Below, piece after piece: positions 26,139 to 35,476 of a stretch of DNA of 35,729 nucleotides. The DNA is from a virus (Duplodnaviria > Caudoviricetes). The DNA lies in the IMG/VR virus record IMGVR_UViG_3300033141_001330, positions 1 through 35,729 of that record, one strand, 5' to 3'. Under the pieces are notes generated by a model, which saw nothing but the letters and a program-made list of their open reading frames with translations, did not search any database and was not told the origin of the DNA. The position numbers and the translations under genes are program-made. Within the stretch, counting starts at the first letter, position 1; the number at the start of each line of letters is the position of its first letter.

Positions 26139-27451
26139 TATTTTAGCTCAAAACTTCCATCGGAATATTTGACAATTGTTTTGCCATCTGGAGTGATTCG
26201 TGTTTCAACTATTTCTATTGCTCCAAAGCCAAACTCTTCTGCACCCGGATATGCTTCTGCTTTTTTAAGAATGTTTTTATACACTACGTTTAATCTATCA
26301 ATATTTTTAGTAAGCTGTTTCTCGCTTTGTGATAATGATAAACTTCCCAATACTGCTTGAAGTGTGCTTAGTTCTCTTTCAGAAATTGCGCCTAATGCGC
26401 CTCCTGTTGGTGATGCTTCTCTCATTTGTTGGAGTCTGTCAAAACCTATATTTGCAACTACTGTTTCTTTTAAAGCTTCTGCGTCAACCCTATTTGTTCC
26501 AGGTATAAATGAAAGTGCTTGACCGCCTAATCCTAAAACGGGGCTATACCAAGGTGCTTCCTCTATTTTCTTTTTTAATCTGCCAATATCTTCAAAAACA
26601 ACACCTGCTGCTCTTTTTGTTACGCCTTTACTTAATTTCTTTTTTTCAACTAATGCTTTGGCTTTTTGTTCTGCTGGACTTCCCGGTATTGGTGACATTT
26701 TAAAAGCACCATTAACTTCTTCAAGTTGCATTCCCGGAGGAATTGTTCCAAATTGTTTTGCTCCCTCTACCGTAACACTCACACCTTTTCCACCAATTTG
26801 AGATATTTTCCCGTCTTCATCAATTTGAAAAGCATTATTTTGTGGAAGCCCTAATTCTTTTTTTTCTTTATTGTTTAAAACTTTCCATTTTTCTGATGGT
26901 ATTCCTGCTCTACGTTCTTCCCCTAATGTTTTAAAGGTCTTTGCAAATTCTTTTTCGCCCATAATTGATGATAGAACTAACCCTGCATAACCTGCTGCAC
27001 CTTTAGGGTCTCTCTCTATATAGTCTTTAATGTTTTGTAGTTTGCTTGTGTCTTGACCGCTATTGCTTCTGGCTGTAATCTGCTCGTCAAGGATATTGTT
27101 TGCAACTTCTGTATTGTTTGATAAAAGAGCGGAATAAACTTGACCTGTTGTTTGTAATTCATTACTCTTTTGGTCTTCATTTAATAAATCCCAACCTTGC
27201 TTGAAAGCTTCTCTTTGTTTTGGATGTTTAGCTATAAGTCTTGCCATTGATTGAGGTGTCGGATTTTTAAAAGCTTCTTGCACGTCAAGACTGTATTGTT
27301 TTTTAAGTGCTTCGGCTTGTTCTGTTGCTACAACTGCCTTTTCTTCCGCTTTATTCCTTTGTCTAATCCCGCTAATAATCTGCCCTAACTCTCCGCCTGC
27401 TTGAGAGATTGCAATATTTGGTCTTATTGAATAATCATATGGTAATGGCAT
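26138..27451 (-). CDS. Ejection protein, gp20 position
   Basis: Helical, Q/K-rich; NIGFDRLQQMREASPTGGALGAISEREL motif; synteny. Confidence 0.75.
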   Translation of the reverse strand: MPLPYDYSIRPNIAISQAGGELGQIISGIRQRNKAEEKAVVATEQAEALKKQYSLDVQEAFKNPTPQSMARLIAKHPKQREAFKQGWDLLNEDQKSNELQTTGQVYSALLSNNTEVANNILDEQITARSNSGQDTSKLQNIKDYIERDPKGAAGYAGLVLSSIMGEKEFAKTFKTLGEERRAGIPSEKWKVLNNKEKKELGLPQNNAFQIDEDGKISQIGGKGVSVTVEGAKQFGTIPPGMQLEEVNGAFKMSPIPGSPAEQKAKALVEKKKLSKGVTKRAAGVVFEDIGRLKKKIEEAPWYSPVLGLGGQALSFIPGTNRVDAEALKETVVANIGFDRLQQMREASPTGGALGAISERELSTLQAVLGSLSLSQSEKQLTKNIDRLNVVYKNILKKAEAYPGAEEFGFGAIEIVETRITPDGKTIVKYSDGSFELK

Positions 27452-27459
27452 AATATCTC

Positions 27460-28083
27460 CTAAAAGAAACCGGCTGCTGTTTTGCCGATTCCAATTAAAT
27501 TTTGAAAAGATTGTCCTGCAACTTGACCTTGAGCTAACTGACCGCCTGCTGTTGCTGCACCTTGTTGCGCTAGAAGATTCGCTATATTAGATCCCGTTTG
27601 CAAACCTGCACTTGCTTGACCTGCTGCACTTGCTTGTCCTAATTGTGAAAGCCCTCCATACTGACCTAACTTTTGATTAATTAATTGTGATAACATTTGA
27701 GGGCGAAACTGCGCTAATGCCCCTTCGATATTTCCACCTCTAAGTCCACCTGTTGCTGAAGCCCTTTGCAATAATGCCTCTTCACCTGTTTGTGTTAATG
27801 CTTGAAACTCTGGTCCAGCTTGAATTGCTGCTATTTGTTGTGCTTGTGCTTCTGGTCCACTTAATCCCATAAGTGCTTGTTGTGCTGATATTGCACCTGT
27901 CCCTGCTGTTACATAAGGAGACATTAACTCAATCATTGCATCGAATTGTCTACGACTTTCTGCTATTCCTGCTTCTGAACTTGCTGCTTGTGTTGCTGCT
28001 GCCGCTGTTCCTGCTTCTGCTGCTTGTGAAGCACCTGTTATGCCACCTACAACATCACCTATTGCATCTCCTACAAAACTCAT
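27460..28083 (-). CDS. Ejection protein gp7-like
   Basis: Ala/Gly/Gln-rich; SPYVTAG and ASATGGLRGGN motifs of the P22 gp7 family. Confidence 0.85.
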   Translation of the reverse strand: MSFVGDAIGDVVGGITGASQAAEAGTAAAATQAASSEAGIAESRRQFDAMIELMSPYVTAGTGAISAQQALMGLSGPEAQAQQIAAIQAGPEFQALTQTGEEALLQRASATGGLRGGNIEGALAQFRPQMLSQLINQKLGQYGGLSQLGQASAAGQASAGLQTGSNIANLLAQQGAATAGGQLAQGQVAGQSFQNLIGIGKTAAGFF

Positions 28084-28529
28084 TTTATGCTCCATTCTCT
28101 ACGGGTTAAGCCGTAAATATAAATATTTTTCATTCTATTGTCCTTTATACAAGCATCTCGTCTAATGCCTTCTAATGTGAACCCAAGTTTAATAACATAG
28201 TTTTTTGCAGTGTTTAAGCCATCAATTATATATGCCGTTAGTCTCTGAGGGTTGTAAAAAGAGAATACAAAATCAATCACTTCTCTTCCTAATTGTCTTG
28301 AATGTTCGACGAATTGTTTTTTTAGTAGTGAGTGTATTTCAATTTCTGTTTTGCTGAAGAGGATTATCATAAACGCTCCAGCAAATCTTCCATCAATTGA
28401 TGCAGTTATATATTTAACTAGAGGATGGTCTATTGGCTCAAAAGGTTTGTTGTCGTAGGAAACTTTAGAAATATAAGAATCTTGGTAAATGTCTTGAAGA
28501 TTTTTATCGCTAATTCCAATGCTAACCAA
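28080..28529 (-). CDS. GNAT-fold protein (P22 gp14/DUF2824-like)
   Basis: EIEIHSLL and KLGFTLEGIRRDA..IYGLTR; GGGAG RBS, TTG start; precedes gp7. Confidence 0.8.
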   Translation of the reverse strand: MVSIGISDKNLQDIYQDSYISKVSYDNKPFEPIDHPLVKYITASIDGRFAGAFMIILFSKTEIEIHSLLKKQFVEHSRQLGREVIDFVFSFYNPQRLTAYIIDGLNTAKNYVIKLGFTLEGIRRDACIKDNRMKNIYIYGLTRREWSIK

Positions 28530-28543
28530 AATAACTCCCTATT

Positions 28544-28590
28544 AGTGAGCCGCTGGTAGCAAATTTTCTCAGCTTTTCACAATTATACCA
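28544..28590 (-). promoter_or_regulatory. Extended -10 promoter (TGGTATAAT) and leader hairpin for the gp14/ejection genes
   Basis: TGGTATAAT at 28590-28582, then GTGA..GCTG-loop-CAGC..TCAC. Confidence 0.55.
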
Positions 28591-28602
28591 TAATTTTTTC
28601 AT

Positions 28603-29847
28603 TTAAAACAACTCTCTCCAATTTACATCCCAAGTTATATCAACAGCTCCCGCTTGTGTGAATGCGATAATCGCATATTCTTGCCCAGGATCTAAAAATA
28701 ATTGTAGTGCATTTGTGTCTAAGTCTGCCGGGGTGCTTTGCGCTGGTGTTACCCCGTGTCCTGTGATTGCTGCTACTGATAAAGTTAATCCAGCCCTTCC
28801 TCCTGTGTACCCAGTTGGGGTGGTGTTGACTTGCAAAACACTATTTGTTGAATCAATATCATTGTATGTCCCGCCAGTTACTGTTGCTTGACCCACTAAC
28901 TGAACTGTTACTATTGTGTCTGCTGTTGCGTCAAAAGGGATAAAACTAAATTTTAATAATTCTGCTCGTATTTTATTAGAAAATCCTTGAAAAGATGTGA
29001 CATTTTTGAAACCTGCCAATACAACAGGAGTTGTTCCTACTGCTCCTGCTGTTGTTATATTTATTGAACCTGGTGTATAGGGAAATGAAAAACCTCTGTT
29101 TCCGCAAGTCTGGCAAAGACCCATCACTCCACCTTGCCAACTACCAGAACGAATCTGAACATCTGTTGTGTTTCCTGTGTTTTCCACACTCATTTTTATT
29201 GGTAAAAACGGTAATTGTATATGTGTTTCAGTATTAGTGTTTGGATAATAAATTGTATGGATTGTGTCAAATTCATTCGTTCCAGGTTTCATCATCTCGA
29301 AAGTTATAGATGCTGCTCCAAGATAGCCAAAAGTTATTCTGAACACATTGAGTTTTGTGAAATCTACTGTACTTATATCAATATTACCATTAAAGTCATC
29401 TTCAAAAATGTGGGTGTGTACGCTATCTCGCATTCGCATAACTGCTAACTCTCCATCAATAAATCCTATTCCAAAACCATTCACTCCGTCAGCTATTCCT
29501 ACCCATTGATGAGTATTGTCTGCTGTTGGGTCAGTAAATAATGCAGTAAAGTGAGAGATTACCGTATGTCCGGGTCTGTATCGTATAGCGTTATAGCTTT
29601 CTATTGCTGCTGCTCCAGCTGCATTTGTACCAGTTGATACTGTTAATAGATTATCTCCTTGAATCGTAACTGTTCCAGTCAATGTAACTTCATCAGCTTT
29701 TAAATCATATGTACTTTTTCCATAAGAGAATTGAGCTAATATATCGTTCTTTATATCAGTTGCCCATTGTTCCCCAAACACTCCAATCACATTTGATCTT
29801 CCTGCATTATCTTTTAATATTGCGGTTATTTTTTTTAAAAAACTCAT
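28603..29847 (-). CDS. Beta-rich putative virion protein (possibly lectin/jelly-roll fold)
   Basis: Start MSFLKKI with GGAG RBS; Thr/Gly-rich beta pattern; inside the tail-machine operon. Confidence 0.6.
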   Translation of the reverse strand: MSFLKKITAILKDNAGRSNVIGVFGEQWATDIKNDILAQFSYGKSTYDLKADEVTLTGTVTIQGDNLLTVSTGTNAAGAAAIESYNAIRYRPGHTVISHFTALFTDPTADNTHQWVGIADGVNGFGIGFIDGELAVMRMRDSVHTHIFEDDFNGNIDISTVDFTKLNVFRITFGYLGAASITFEMMKPGTNEFDTIHTIYYPNTNTETHIQLPFLPIKMSVENTGNTTDVQIRSGSWQGGVMGLCQTCGNRGFSFPYTPGSINITTAGAVGTTPVVLAGFKNVTSFQGFSNKIRAELLKFSFIPFDATADTIVTVQLVGQATVTGGTYNDIDSTNSVLQVNTTPTGYTGGRAGLTLSVAAITGHGVTPAQSTPADLDTNALQLFLDPGQEYAIIAFTQAGAVDITWDVNWRELF

Positions 29848-29848
29848 T

Positions 29849-29877
29849 TTAATTCTCCAAATACACATATTGCCATT
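29849..29877 (-). pseudogene. Displaced original 3' end of the gp26-position gene (NGNM-[1-nt gap]-YLEN*)
   Basis: AATGGCAATATG-TG-TATTTGGAGAATTAA mirrors the current end DGTNWWLEN*; still holds the RBS of the next gene. Confidence 0.55.
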
Positions 29878-29880
29878 TTA

Positions 29881-29889
29881 TGGTATAAT
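29881..29889 (+). promoter_or_regulatory. Extended -10 promoter TGGTATAAT for endonuclease copy 3
   Basis: About 35 nt upstream of the likely TTG start (29925), with AAAGGG RBS. Confidence 0.6.
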
Positions 29890-29924
29890 TTCATTTGTCA
29901 TATTATAGCATAAAGGGTAAAACT

Positions 29925-30515
29925 TTGAAAAAATGTACAAACTGTAAGAACGAGAAAACTGTCGAGATGTTTAGCAAAAGTAAAAAGGGGAGAGATGGGC
30001 TAAGAGCTATTTGTAAAATGTGTGTATCTTTATCAATGATTAATTATGGAAGAACAAAGAATGGTCTAATAATAAAGATTTTTAATAATCAAAAAAAATC
30101 TTCAAAAAAAAGAGGGCATATTCCGCCCGAATATTCATTTTTCCAACTTTATGAATGGGTGAATAGCCAAGATAATTTTCAATATTTATGGGAAAACTGG
30201 GTTAAAAGTGATTTTAAAAGTGGATTGATTCCAAGCATTGATAGACTTGATAATTCAAAAGGATATAATTTTGAAAATATTAGTCTTACCACTTGGGATG
30301 AAAACAATCAAAATGCTAGAATATCACAATCAAAAGGAGAGTTAAACAGCTCTTGTAAAATTATTCCTGTTTTGCAATATGACAAAAATAATAATTTTAT
30401 AAAAAAATTTCATTCTATGAGTGAGGCAAAGAGGCAAACAAATATAAATCAAATATCGTCTTGTTGCAGTGGGAAAAGAAAGTCGGCAGGTGGTTTTGTA
30501 TGGAAGTATGCTTAG
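29925..30515 (+). CDS. Putative homing endonuclease (Cys4 zinc finger + HNH-like + NUMOD1), copy 3, antisense within the late operon
   Basis: KKCTNC..CKMC; PSIDRLDNSKGYNFENISLTTWDEN; VLQYDKNNNFIKKFHSMSEAKR..CCSGKRKSAGGFVWKY. Confidence 0.8.
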   Translation: MKKCTNCKNEKTVEMFSKSKKGRDGLRAICKMCVSLSMINYGRTKNGLIIKIFNNQKKSSKKRGHIPPEYSFFQLYEWVNSQDNFQYLWENWVKSDFKSGLIPSIDRLDNSKGYNFENISLTTWDENNQNARISQSKGELNSSCKIIPVLQYDKNNNFIKKFHSMSEAKRQTNINQISSCCSGKRKSAGGFVWKYA

Positions 30516-31057
30516 TTTTCTAGCCACCAATTTGTGCCATCTGTTATAAAATTTAATACTTCTCCGTCAAGTTGCAAATCTTGACTTGTTTCTCCAACTA
30601 TTAATTCACTTGCAAATGGAAGAATATTAACCATACCGTCTGTTGTGTCAATTTTAGTTATTCCTATTCTATACGACCTTCCGCTAACTAAACATAATGA
30701 TGGGTCTGGAAGAGTTATATCAATATCTCCGCTTGTTGCATCAACTAAAACAGATTGCGATTGAGCAGATAGTTCTAAATCTATACTTGTGTTGATTATT
30801 AATGTTGTTGATGTTGTTTGGTCTAAAATGAGAATTGCATTATAAATAGAACTAGACACATCAAGAAAATTGGTGTCACTTGGAACAATATACGTTCCAT
30901 CATCGTTAAGCTCTACACCTTCAATTATATTAGTAACTAAAAGACTAAGGTCTTCATCTTGCTGAAACAATCGCTCAAACTCTTTAACTGCCCTTTGGTC
31001 TGGAAGAAATTTTGCTAAGTCTGCTCTTGTTAATAATATCTTATCAAATTTAGGCAT
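30512..31057 (-). CDS. Virion protein at the gp26 (tail needle) position
   Basis: LTRADLAKFLPDQRAVKEFERLF N-terminus; VLVDATSGDIDITLP..DGTNW beta domain; follows gp10. Confidence 0.6.
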   Translation of the reverse strand: MPKFDKILLTRADLAKFLPDQRAVKEFERLFQQDEDLSLLVTNIIEGVELNDDGTYIVPSDTNFLDVSSSIYNAILILDQTTSTTLIINTSIDLELSAQSQSVLVDATSGDIDITLPDPSLCLVSGRSYRIGITKIDTTDGMVNILPFASELIVGETSQDLQLDGEVLNFITDGTNWWLEN

Positions 31058-32456
31058 TTAAAGGCTCTATTCTTGCTTCAAGTCTTGCTATTGATATGTG
31101 AGTGTCGCTATCGCCACTAAAGCGCTGTAGCCTCAAATTTGCCATACTTCCTTGAAACAACCAAACTAATCTTTTTAGTGTCTCGTTTTCATTACCTGCT
31201 TTTATAGAAGCTTGAGAAGTGAATGTTAATCCATCTAAACTATAACTTGTTGAGATTGTTGGAGTAACATCACTGGCAACACGACCAGTTAATGCAACTA
31301 ATTCCATTTGGTGGATGATTGCACCTCTGCTCTCATTGTATAGAATTGTTGTTGTGAATTCCCAAGATACTTTATCTCCGTAATGCGTCGAGATAGTATC
31401 ATCTAAATAACCGTATTTATAACTGTTTGTGTCTCCAACGTGCCATTTATCATAAACAAATACTAAATTTTTACCACGATATATAGAATCTCCATCTGTG
31501 CCACTTGATAAAATGCTCCATACCGGAGTTCCTAAAACCTGACTTGCGTTGCCATAATAAACAAGTGTTTTAGTTGGTAAGTGGATTAATAATTGCTCGT
31601 GTCCTTTATCAACTTTTGCTTCTACGATAACTTGATTTAATTCTGCTTCTGTAAACTCTAATAAGACTTGATCAACTTCTCTTGTTGAGATTTTAACAGT
31701 TGTTGCATTGTTTCCTAACCATATAGCCGGAGCTTCGTTAAGTCCACCACCAAGAAAAGCGATTGACTGTAAAAATACACAACTTGCGTGAGTTCCTATG
31801 CACCCTCTATCTATAATTGCACTTGCTACCCTCTGGAAAGGGAAACCGCTTGAACCGACATTGTCAAATACTTCTATTGAATATCTATTAAGTGCGTAAA
31901 TCTCGTTTCGTAGTTTTAGTAAACCATTAACAGGATCTGGTGAAGCTTCCGCGCTCCCATATTTTAAAGGATTAACTTGAGTCGGATCACTCAACTCTGT
32001 AATAACTAGAAATTCTCCGTCTGTTGTCATAAAATAACCATCTACCCAAACAACATCAAGAACTACTCCTAAGTCTGGGTCTGTTACTTGAACTAATGTT
32101 GAGTTATCCCAATAAAATAAATCTTCGTTACTTGCTATTGCTAGTCTATCAAAAGAATAATCCATTGTGATTTCTTTTCCATCATCTCCAACATCACCAA
32201 TAACGATATAAGAACCGTTAGCAGCTATCTTAATTAGTTTACTGCCCATTACTCTATAATAGACACCATCCCAATTAATCCCGCCTCTGTCTGTTCCTTC
32301 AGTTGTTATTCCAAACTCTACAATTCCTTCTGCCGGTCTTAAATAACCTTTTGAGATTCCTTGCTCTTTTGGAACAGGAATAAAGTTTAAAGGATATGCT
32401 GTGCGAAAGTCTGGCGCATCATCGGTATAAATACCATTTAGGACATTAATTTGCAT
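31050..32456 (-). CDS. Tail hub / DNA stabilization protein gp10-like
   Basis: 468 aa; GYLRPAEGI, DVVWVDGYF, YGSAEASPDPVNG, EVFDNVG beta-propeller motifs. Confidence 0.9.
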   Translation of the reverse strand: MQINVLNGIYTDDAPDFRTAYPLNFIPVPKEQGISKGYLRPAEGIVEFGITTEGTDRGGINWDGVYYRVMGSKLIKIAANGSYIVIGDVGDDGKEITMDYSFDRLAIASNEDLFYWDNSTLVQVTDPDLGVVLDVVWVDGYFMTTDGEFLVITELSDPTQVNPLKYGSAEASPDPVNGLLKLRNEIYALNRYSIEVFDNVGSSGFPFQRVASAIIDRGCIGTHASCVFLQSIAFLGGGLNEAPAIWLGNNATTVKISTREVDQVLLEFTEAELNQVIVEAKVDKGHEQLLIHLPTKTLVYYGNASQVLGTPVWSILSSGTDGDSIYRGKNLVFVYDKWHVGDTNSYKYGYLDDTISTHYGDKVSWEFTTTILYNESRGAIIHQMELVALTGRVASDVTPTISTSYSLDGLTFTSQASIKAGNENETLKRLVWLFQGSMANLRLQRFSGDSDTHISIARLEARIEPLNA

Positions 32457-32935
32457 TATAGAATGTCCAGTGTTCCATCTTGACCAACTTCAAGTTCATC
32501 CTCTGGTCTTGGAAGGAAAGTTCCACCCGTATTTCTCCAGCTTTTATTTCCTTGACCTGAAGGAAGTTGATTAAACTGCATATTGTTTGGCTCTGTATGA
32601 AGTCCAAGTAATACATTGTATGCTTGCTTAGCAGTAACTTTTGTTTCTCTTGAGGCTGTTTTACCTATTGCCGGAGCAAGTCTTACTGCTAAATTAGCGT
32701 AAATTGCTTCATTTGCTGAGTCTGGAACATCTGTTAATGTATCTAGTGAAGAGTCTGTTGGTGAATCAGGTAGAGGATAGCTAACTCTTATTCCTTTAAA
32801 GTTCCAAGTAGCCATCATAGCATCAAGTTTTCTCAATGCTATTTTAAGCTGGTCGTCCGACAACGTGAAGTCATAGTTAGCGTAACCTAGTTCTCCAAAT
32901 GCTTCTTCACAAAATTGTTTTTTAGTCCAGCTCAT
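32456..32935 (-). CDS. Head-to-tail adaptor gp4-like
   Basis: WTKKQFCEEAF, ALRKLDAMMATW, NLAVRLAP, LPSGQGNK motifs. Confidence 0.9.
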   Translation of the reverse strand: MSWTKKQFCEEAFGELGYANYDFTLSDDQLKIALRKLDAMMATWNFKGIRVSYPLPDSPTDSSLDTLTDVPDSANEAIYANLAVRLAPAIGKTASRETKVTAKQAYNVLLGLHTEPNNMQFNQLPSGQGNKSWRNTGGTFLPRPEDELEVGQDGTLDIL

Positions 32936-32939
32936 AATA

Positions 32940-33245
32940 TTATCCTTCGTTTTCTTCTATCTTCGCATTGATTTTACCAAGAAGAGTAGAATCTTTTATA
33001 TTTGATGGAAATTTAATTCCAAGTTCTTTTGCTTTGTCTTCCATCTCTTTTCTTGTCGGAGCTTTTGTTTTAATGTCATCATCTGATTCTACCTTGTCGT
33101 TTGCTGCTTCATCTGCTTCAATAGGTGTCTTAAAATAACCATCTTCTAAAAGACTTTCAACTTCTTCTTCATCAATAACGATATAATCAACCATTACACT
33201 GTGAAGTTTCGTTTTTCCATTACCTTTGTATAACATTACACTCAT
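32940..33245 (-). CDS. Hypothetical protein with C-terminal HeH/LEM-like motif
   Basis: TRKEMEDKAKELGIKFPSNIKDSTLLGKI. Confidence 0.65.
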   Translation of the reverse strand: MSVMLYKGNGKTKLHSVMVDYIVIDEEEVESLLEDGYFKTPIEADEAANDKVESDDDIKTKAPTRKEMEDKAKELGIKFPSNIKDSTLLGKINAKIEENEG

Positions 33246-33356
33246 TTTAATACCCTCTCTTTTTTATAGGTTTTTTAGCTTTAGACTTAGTTTTTTACAT
33301 GCCATTTTAAATCCTATTGTTATCAAATCAACACCTCGCAAGATGCTCATATGATA

Positions 33357-33372
33357 AGGGGACGAATCCCCT
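33357..33372 (-). terminator. GC-rich hairpin (TTCG loop) after the head genes
   Basis: Minus strand AGGGGA-TTCG-TCCCCT; only a short U-tract, so it may be a partial terminator or mRNA stabiliser. Confidence 0.5.
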
Positions 33373-33386
33373 CATTAATATTACTG

Positions 33387-34163
33387 TTATGCAACATCGC
33401 CTGTATTTGTCCATAGCATTGTAACTGTACCTGTAAAAGTACCTGTTCCTGATGTGTGTGACGCATCATCATCTATTACAAAGTTAAGGAAAACATCGCT
33501 CGCTGTTGCTGTTCCGTCAACAACTGTTGCGGCTGCTGATACTGCCGCAACTGCTGATACATCTGCAATCGCTGTGGCAATTGGTACTGAAGCCATAATA
33601 TCTGCTTCTGTCCCCGTTAGTGTTGCTCCAGTTGTTGCTGTGATACTACCAAGTGCAGTGTCGCCATCATATGTTGCAATGATTGTTCCTGTTACACCTA
33701 GAGTTAAGTCACCATCTACTACACAACCTAAAAAGCTAATCGCTCCTTCTGGAAGATCATATAATTTTGCTGTACCACCATATTGTGCGACACCTGCATC
33801 ATCAGTAATTGTTACTGGAGTTGCTGTTAGAGTTAAGACAGTCTTATGAACAAACCCTTCATTGTACTCTACTGCTGATACTGTATCGCCATTTGATACA
33901 CCGACATTTGTAAGTGTTCCATTTACATAAGTTACATAGTCTGAGCCTGCGTCAATTCTTACTTCTGTTGCTTCAGAAAAAGCATCTGAAACATACTGCA
34001 CATTTGCTGTTAAAGTTGCAAGCAATTCCCATACATCAGGTTGTGTAGCAGAACTGGTATTTTGATAAACTTTTGCTCTTTCTCCAGGAGAAAGTGCTGA
34101 TATTTTATTACCTGCTACTACATCAATTGTTTTCGTTCCATTTGGAAATATTTTATTTGCCAT
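33387..34163 (-). CDS. Putative capsid decoration/accessory virion protein
   Basis: Thr/Ala/Gly-rich beta protein directly after the coat gene, AAGGA RBS. Confidence 0.6.
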   Translation of the reverse strand: MANKIFPNGTKTIDVVAGNKISALSPGERAKVYQNTSSATQPDVWELLATLTANVQYVSDAFSEATEVRIDAGSDYVTYVNGTLTNVGVSNGDTVSAVEYNEGFVHKTVLTLTATPVTITDDAGVAQYGGTAKLYDLPEGAISFLGCVVDGDLTLGVTGTIIATYDGDTALGSITATTGATLTGTEADIMASVPIATAIADVSAVAAVSAAATVVDGTATASDVFLNFVIDDDASHTSGTGTFTGTVTMLWTNTGDVA

Positions 34164-34182
34164 TATTTTTCCTTTATTTGAT

Positions 34183-34199
34183 GAGGGGGTTTCCCCCTC
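34183..34199 (-). terminator. Hairpin immediately after the coat gene
   Basis: GAGGGGG-AAA-CCCCCTC; no U-tract, probably an mRNA stabiliser or attenuator. Confidence 0.5.
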
Positions 34200-34204
34200 C
34201 TATA

Positions 34205-35473
34205 TTAAACAGTTTGTGAAAATATCATAATCCCTGACATTTCAGGTGCTTTATTAACTACACCATATAATACATCCCAACGATATTTTGTTTTCTGAGT
34301 ATTGATATCAAACTGTTTCTGCATTACAACTTCGATACCATTCTCTAAAGTAGCTCTAATAACTTTAGCGCCTGCCTCTGGATCAATTGACAATCTTCCT
34401 GGTAAAATCTCAATAGCGTCTTTGTGCCAGAAAGGGTTAACTTTAGCAGTAACGATATTTAAGAAAACAAAAGCTGCACCATTTGCCGGAGTTGCTGTAA
34501 CATTTTGATATTGTTTTTCTGCATCTGTTGCACCTTGTGCTGAGACAATAGCAGGAGAAATTTTAACAGTACCTGTACCACCTGCACCAGTTACGATTTC
34601 TATAACACGGAATGTTTTTAACTGCCCCGTGTCTTCTTTAGTGATATGATGAACAGAGTTAACACCTGCTATTGTAAACGCATCTCCAACTTTAACAGTG
34701 TTTCCGCCAACTGCGATTGAGATAGTTTGGTATCTATTATCAACATTGTTTGTACCATTAGCACCTGTGATTGTTGCTGCTGGTGTGTAATATTGGTCTG
34801 CTGCTGCCATTGTTACTGTTGTTGCTGTCGCTACTGCTAAACTTCCAGCGTAGTCTAGTTTGTTTGTTGTAAAACCTGCAACCGTTCCAACATAAGAACG
34901 CTCATAAGCATTAATCGGCTTAGTGTTCATTGTTTCTCTAGCTGCTAGATTACTTGCCATACCGTTGTAATCTCTTGATGATAGAGCCATATATCTATCT
35001 TCCATTGTTACACCGAGTTCATTAAATGAAGCATCTGCTTCTGCAACATCATCATAACCTGCTGCTGCTGCTGGTCTAGCAATAACAACTGTACCTTGCT
35101 CTGTTGCAACTGTAGTAAGTGCTACATTGATATCACTTGCAAGTTTTTGTGCCGCTGATGAACCTAAACGACCCTCTTGTAATTGATCTCTTAGTTCTTT
35201 AGCTGTTAATATTGCTGTAGAATGTTTTTGAAAACCGATTGAAGCGGGAACACTTAGTTGTGTATTATCTCCAAAATTAGATGAAGCATCTGAGCCATCA
35301 TAAGATTGCATAATATAAGGCATTGGACGCCAAATAGTATCGTTTGCTCTCTCCATTGTTTGTTGATCAGTTGTGTACTTAGACACATTTCTTGACAATA
35401 CTAATGCATCCTCAAAGCCTTGACATAACTCTTCAAAAGCTACTACTTCTTCTTTACTAAAACCATTTGCCAT
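34205..35473 (-). CDS. Major capsid protein (P22 coat gp5-like)
   Basis: MANGFSKEEVVAFE, DTIWRPMPY, AAQKLASDIN, VGDAFTIAGV, RWDVLYGV..PEMSG. Confidence 0.95.
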   Translation of the reverse strand: MANGFSKEEVVAFEELCQGFEDALVLSRNVSKYTTDQQTMERANDTIWRPMPYIMQSYDGSDASSNFGDNTQLSVPASIGFQKHSTAILTAKELRDQLQEGRLGSSAAQKLASDINVALTTVATEQGTVVIARPAAAAGYDDVAEADASFNELGVTMEDRYMALSSRDYNGMASNLAARETMNTKPINAYERSYVGTVAGFTTNKLDYAGSLAVATATTVTMAAADQYYTPAATITGANGTNNVDNRYQTISIAVGGNTVKVGDAFTIAGVNSVHHITKEDTGQLKTFRVIEIVTGAGGTGTVKISPAIVSAQGATDAEKQYQNVTATPANGAAFVFLNIVTAKVNPFWHKDAIEILPGRLSIDPEAGAKVIRATLENGIEVVMQKQFDINTQKTKYRWDVLYGVVNKAPEMSGIMIFSQTV

Positions 35474-35476
35474 GAT

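Noticed and set aside
21771-34508. Many + strand ORFs inside late genes (e.g. 21771..22103, 24169..24510, 25423..25929, 33454..33849)
   Set aside because: Antisense shadows of well-supported virion genes, with no RBS or motifs; only 29925..30515 is credible on this strand.
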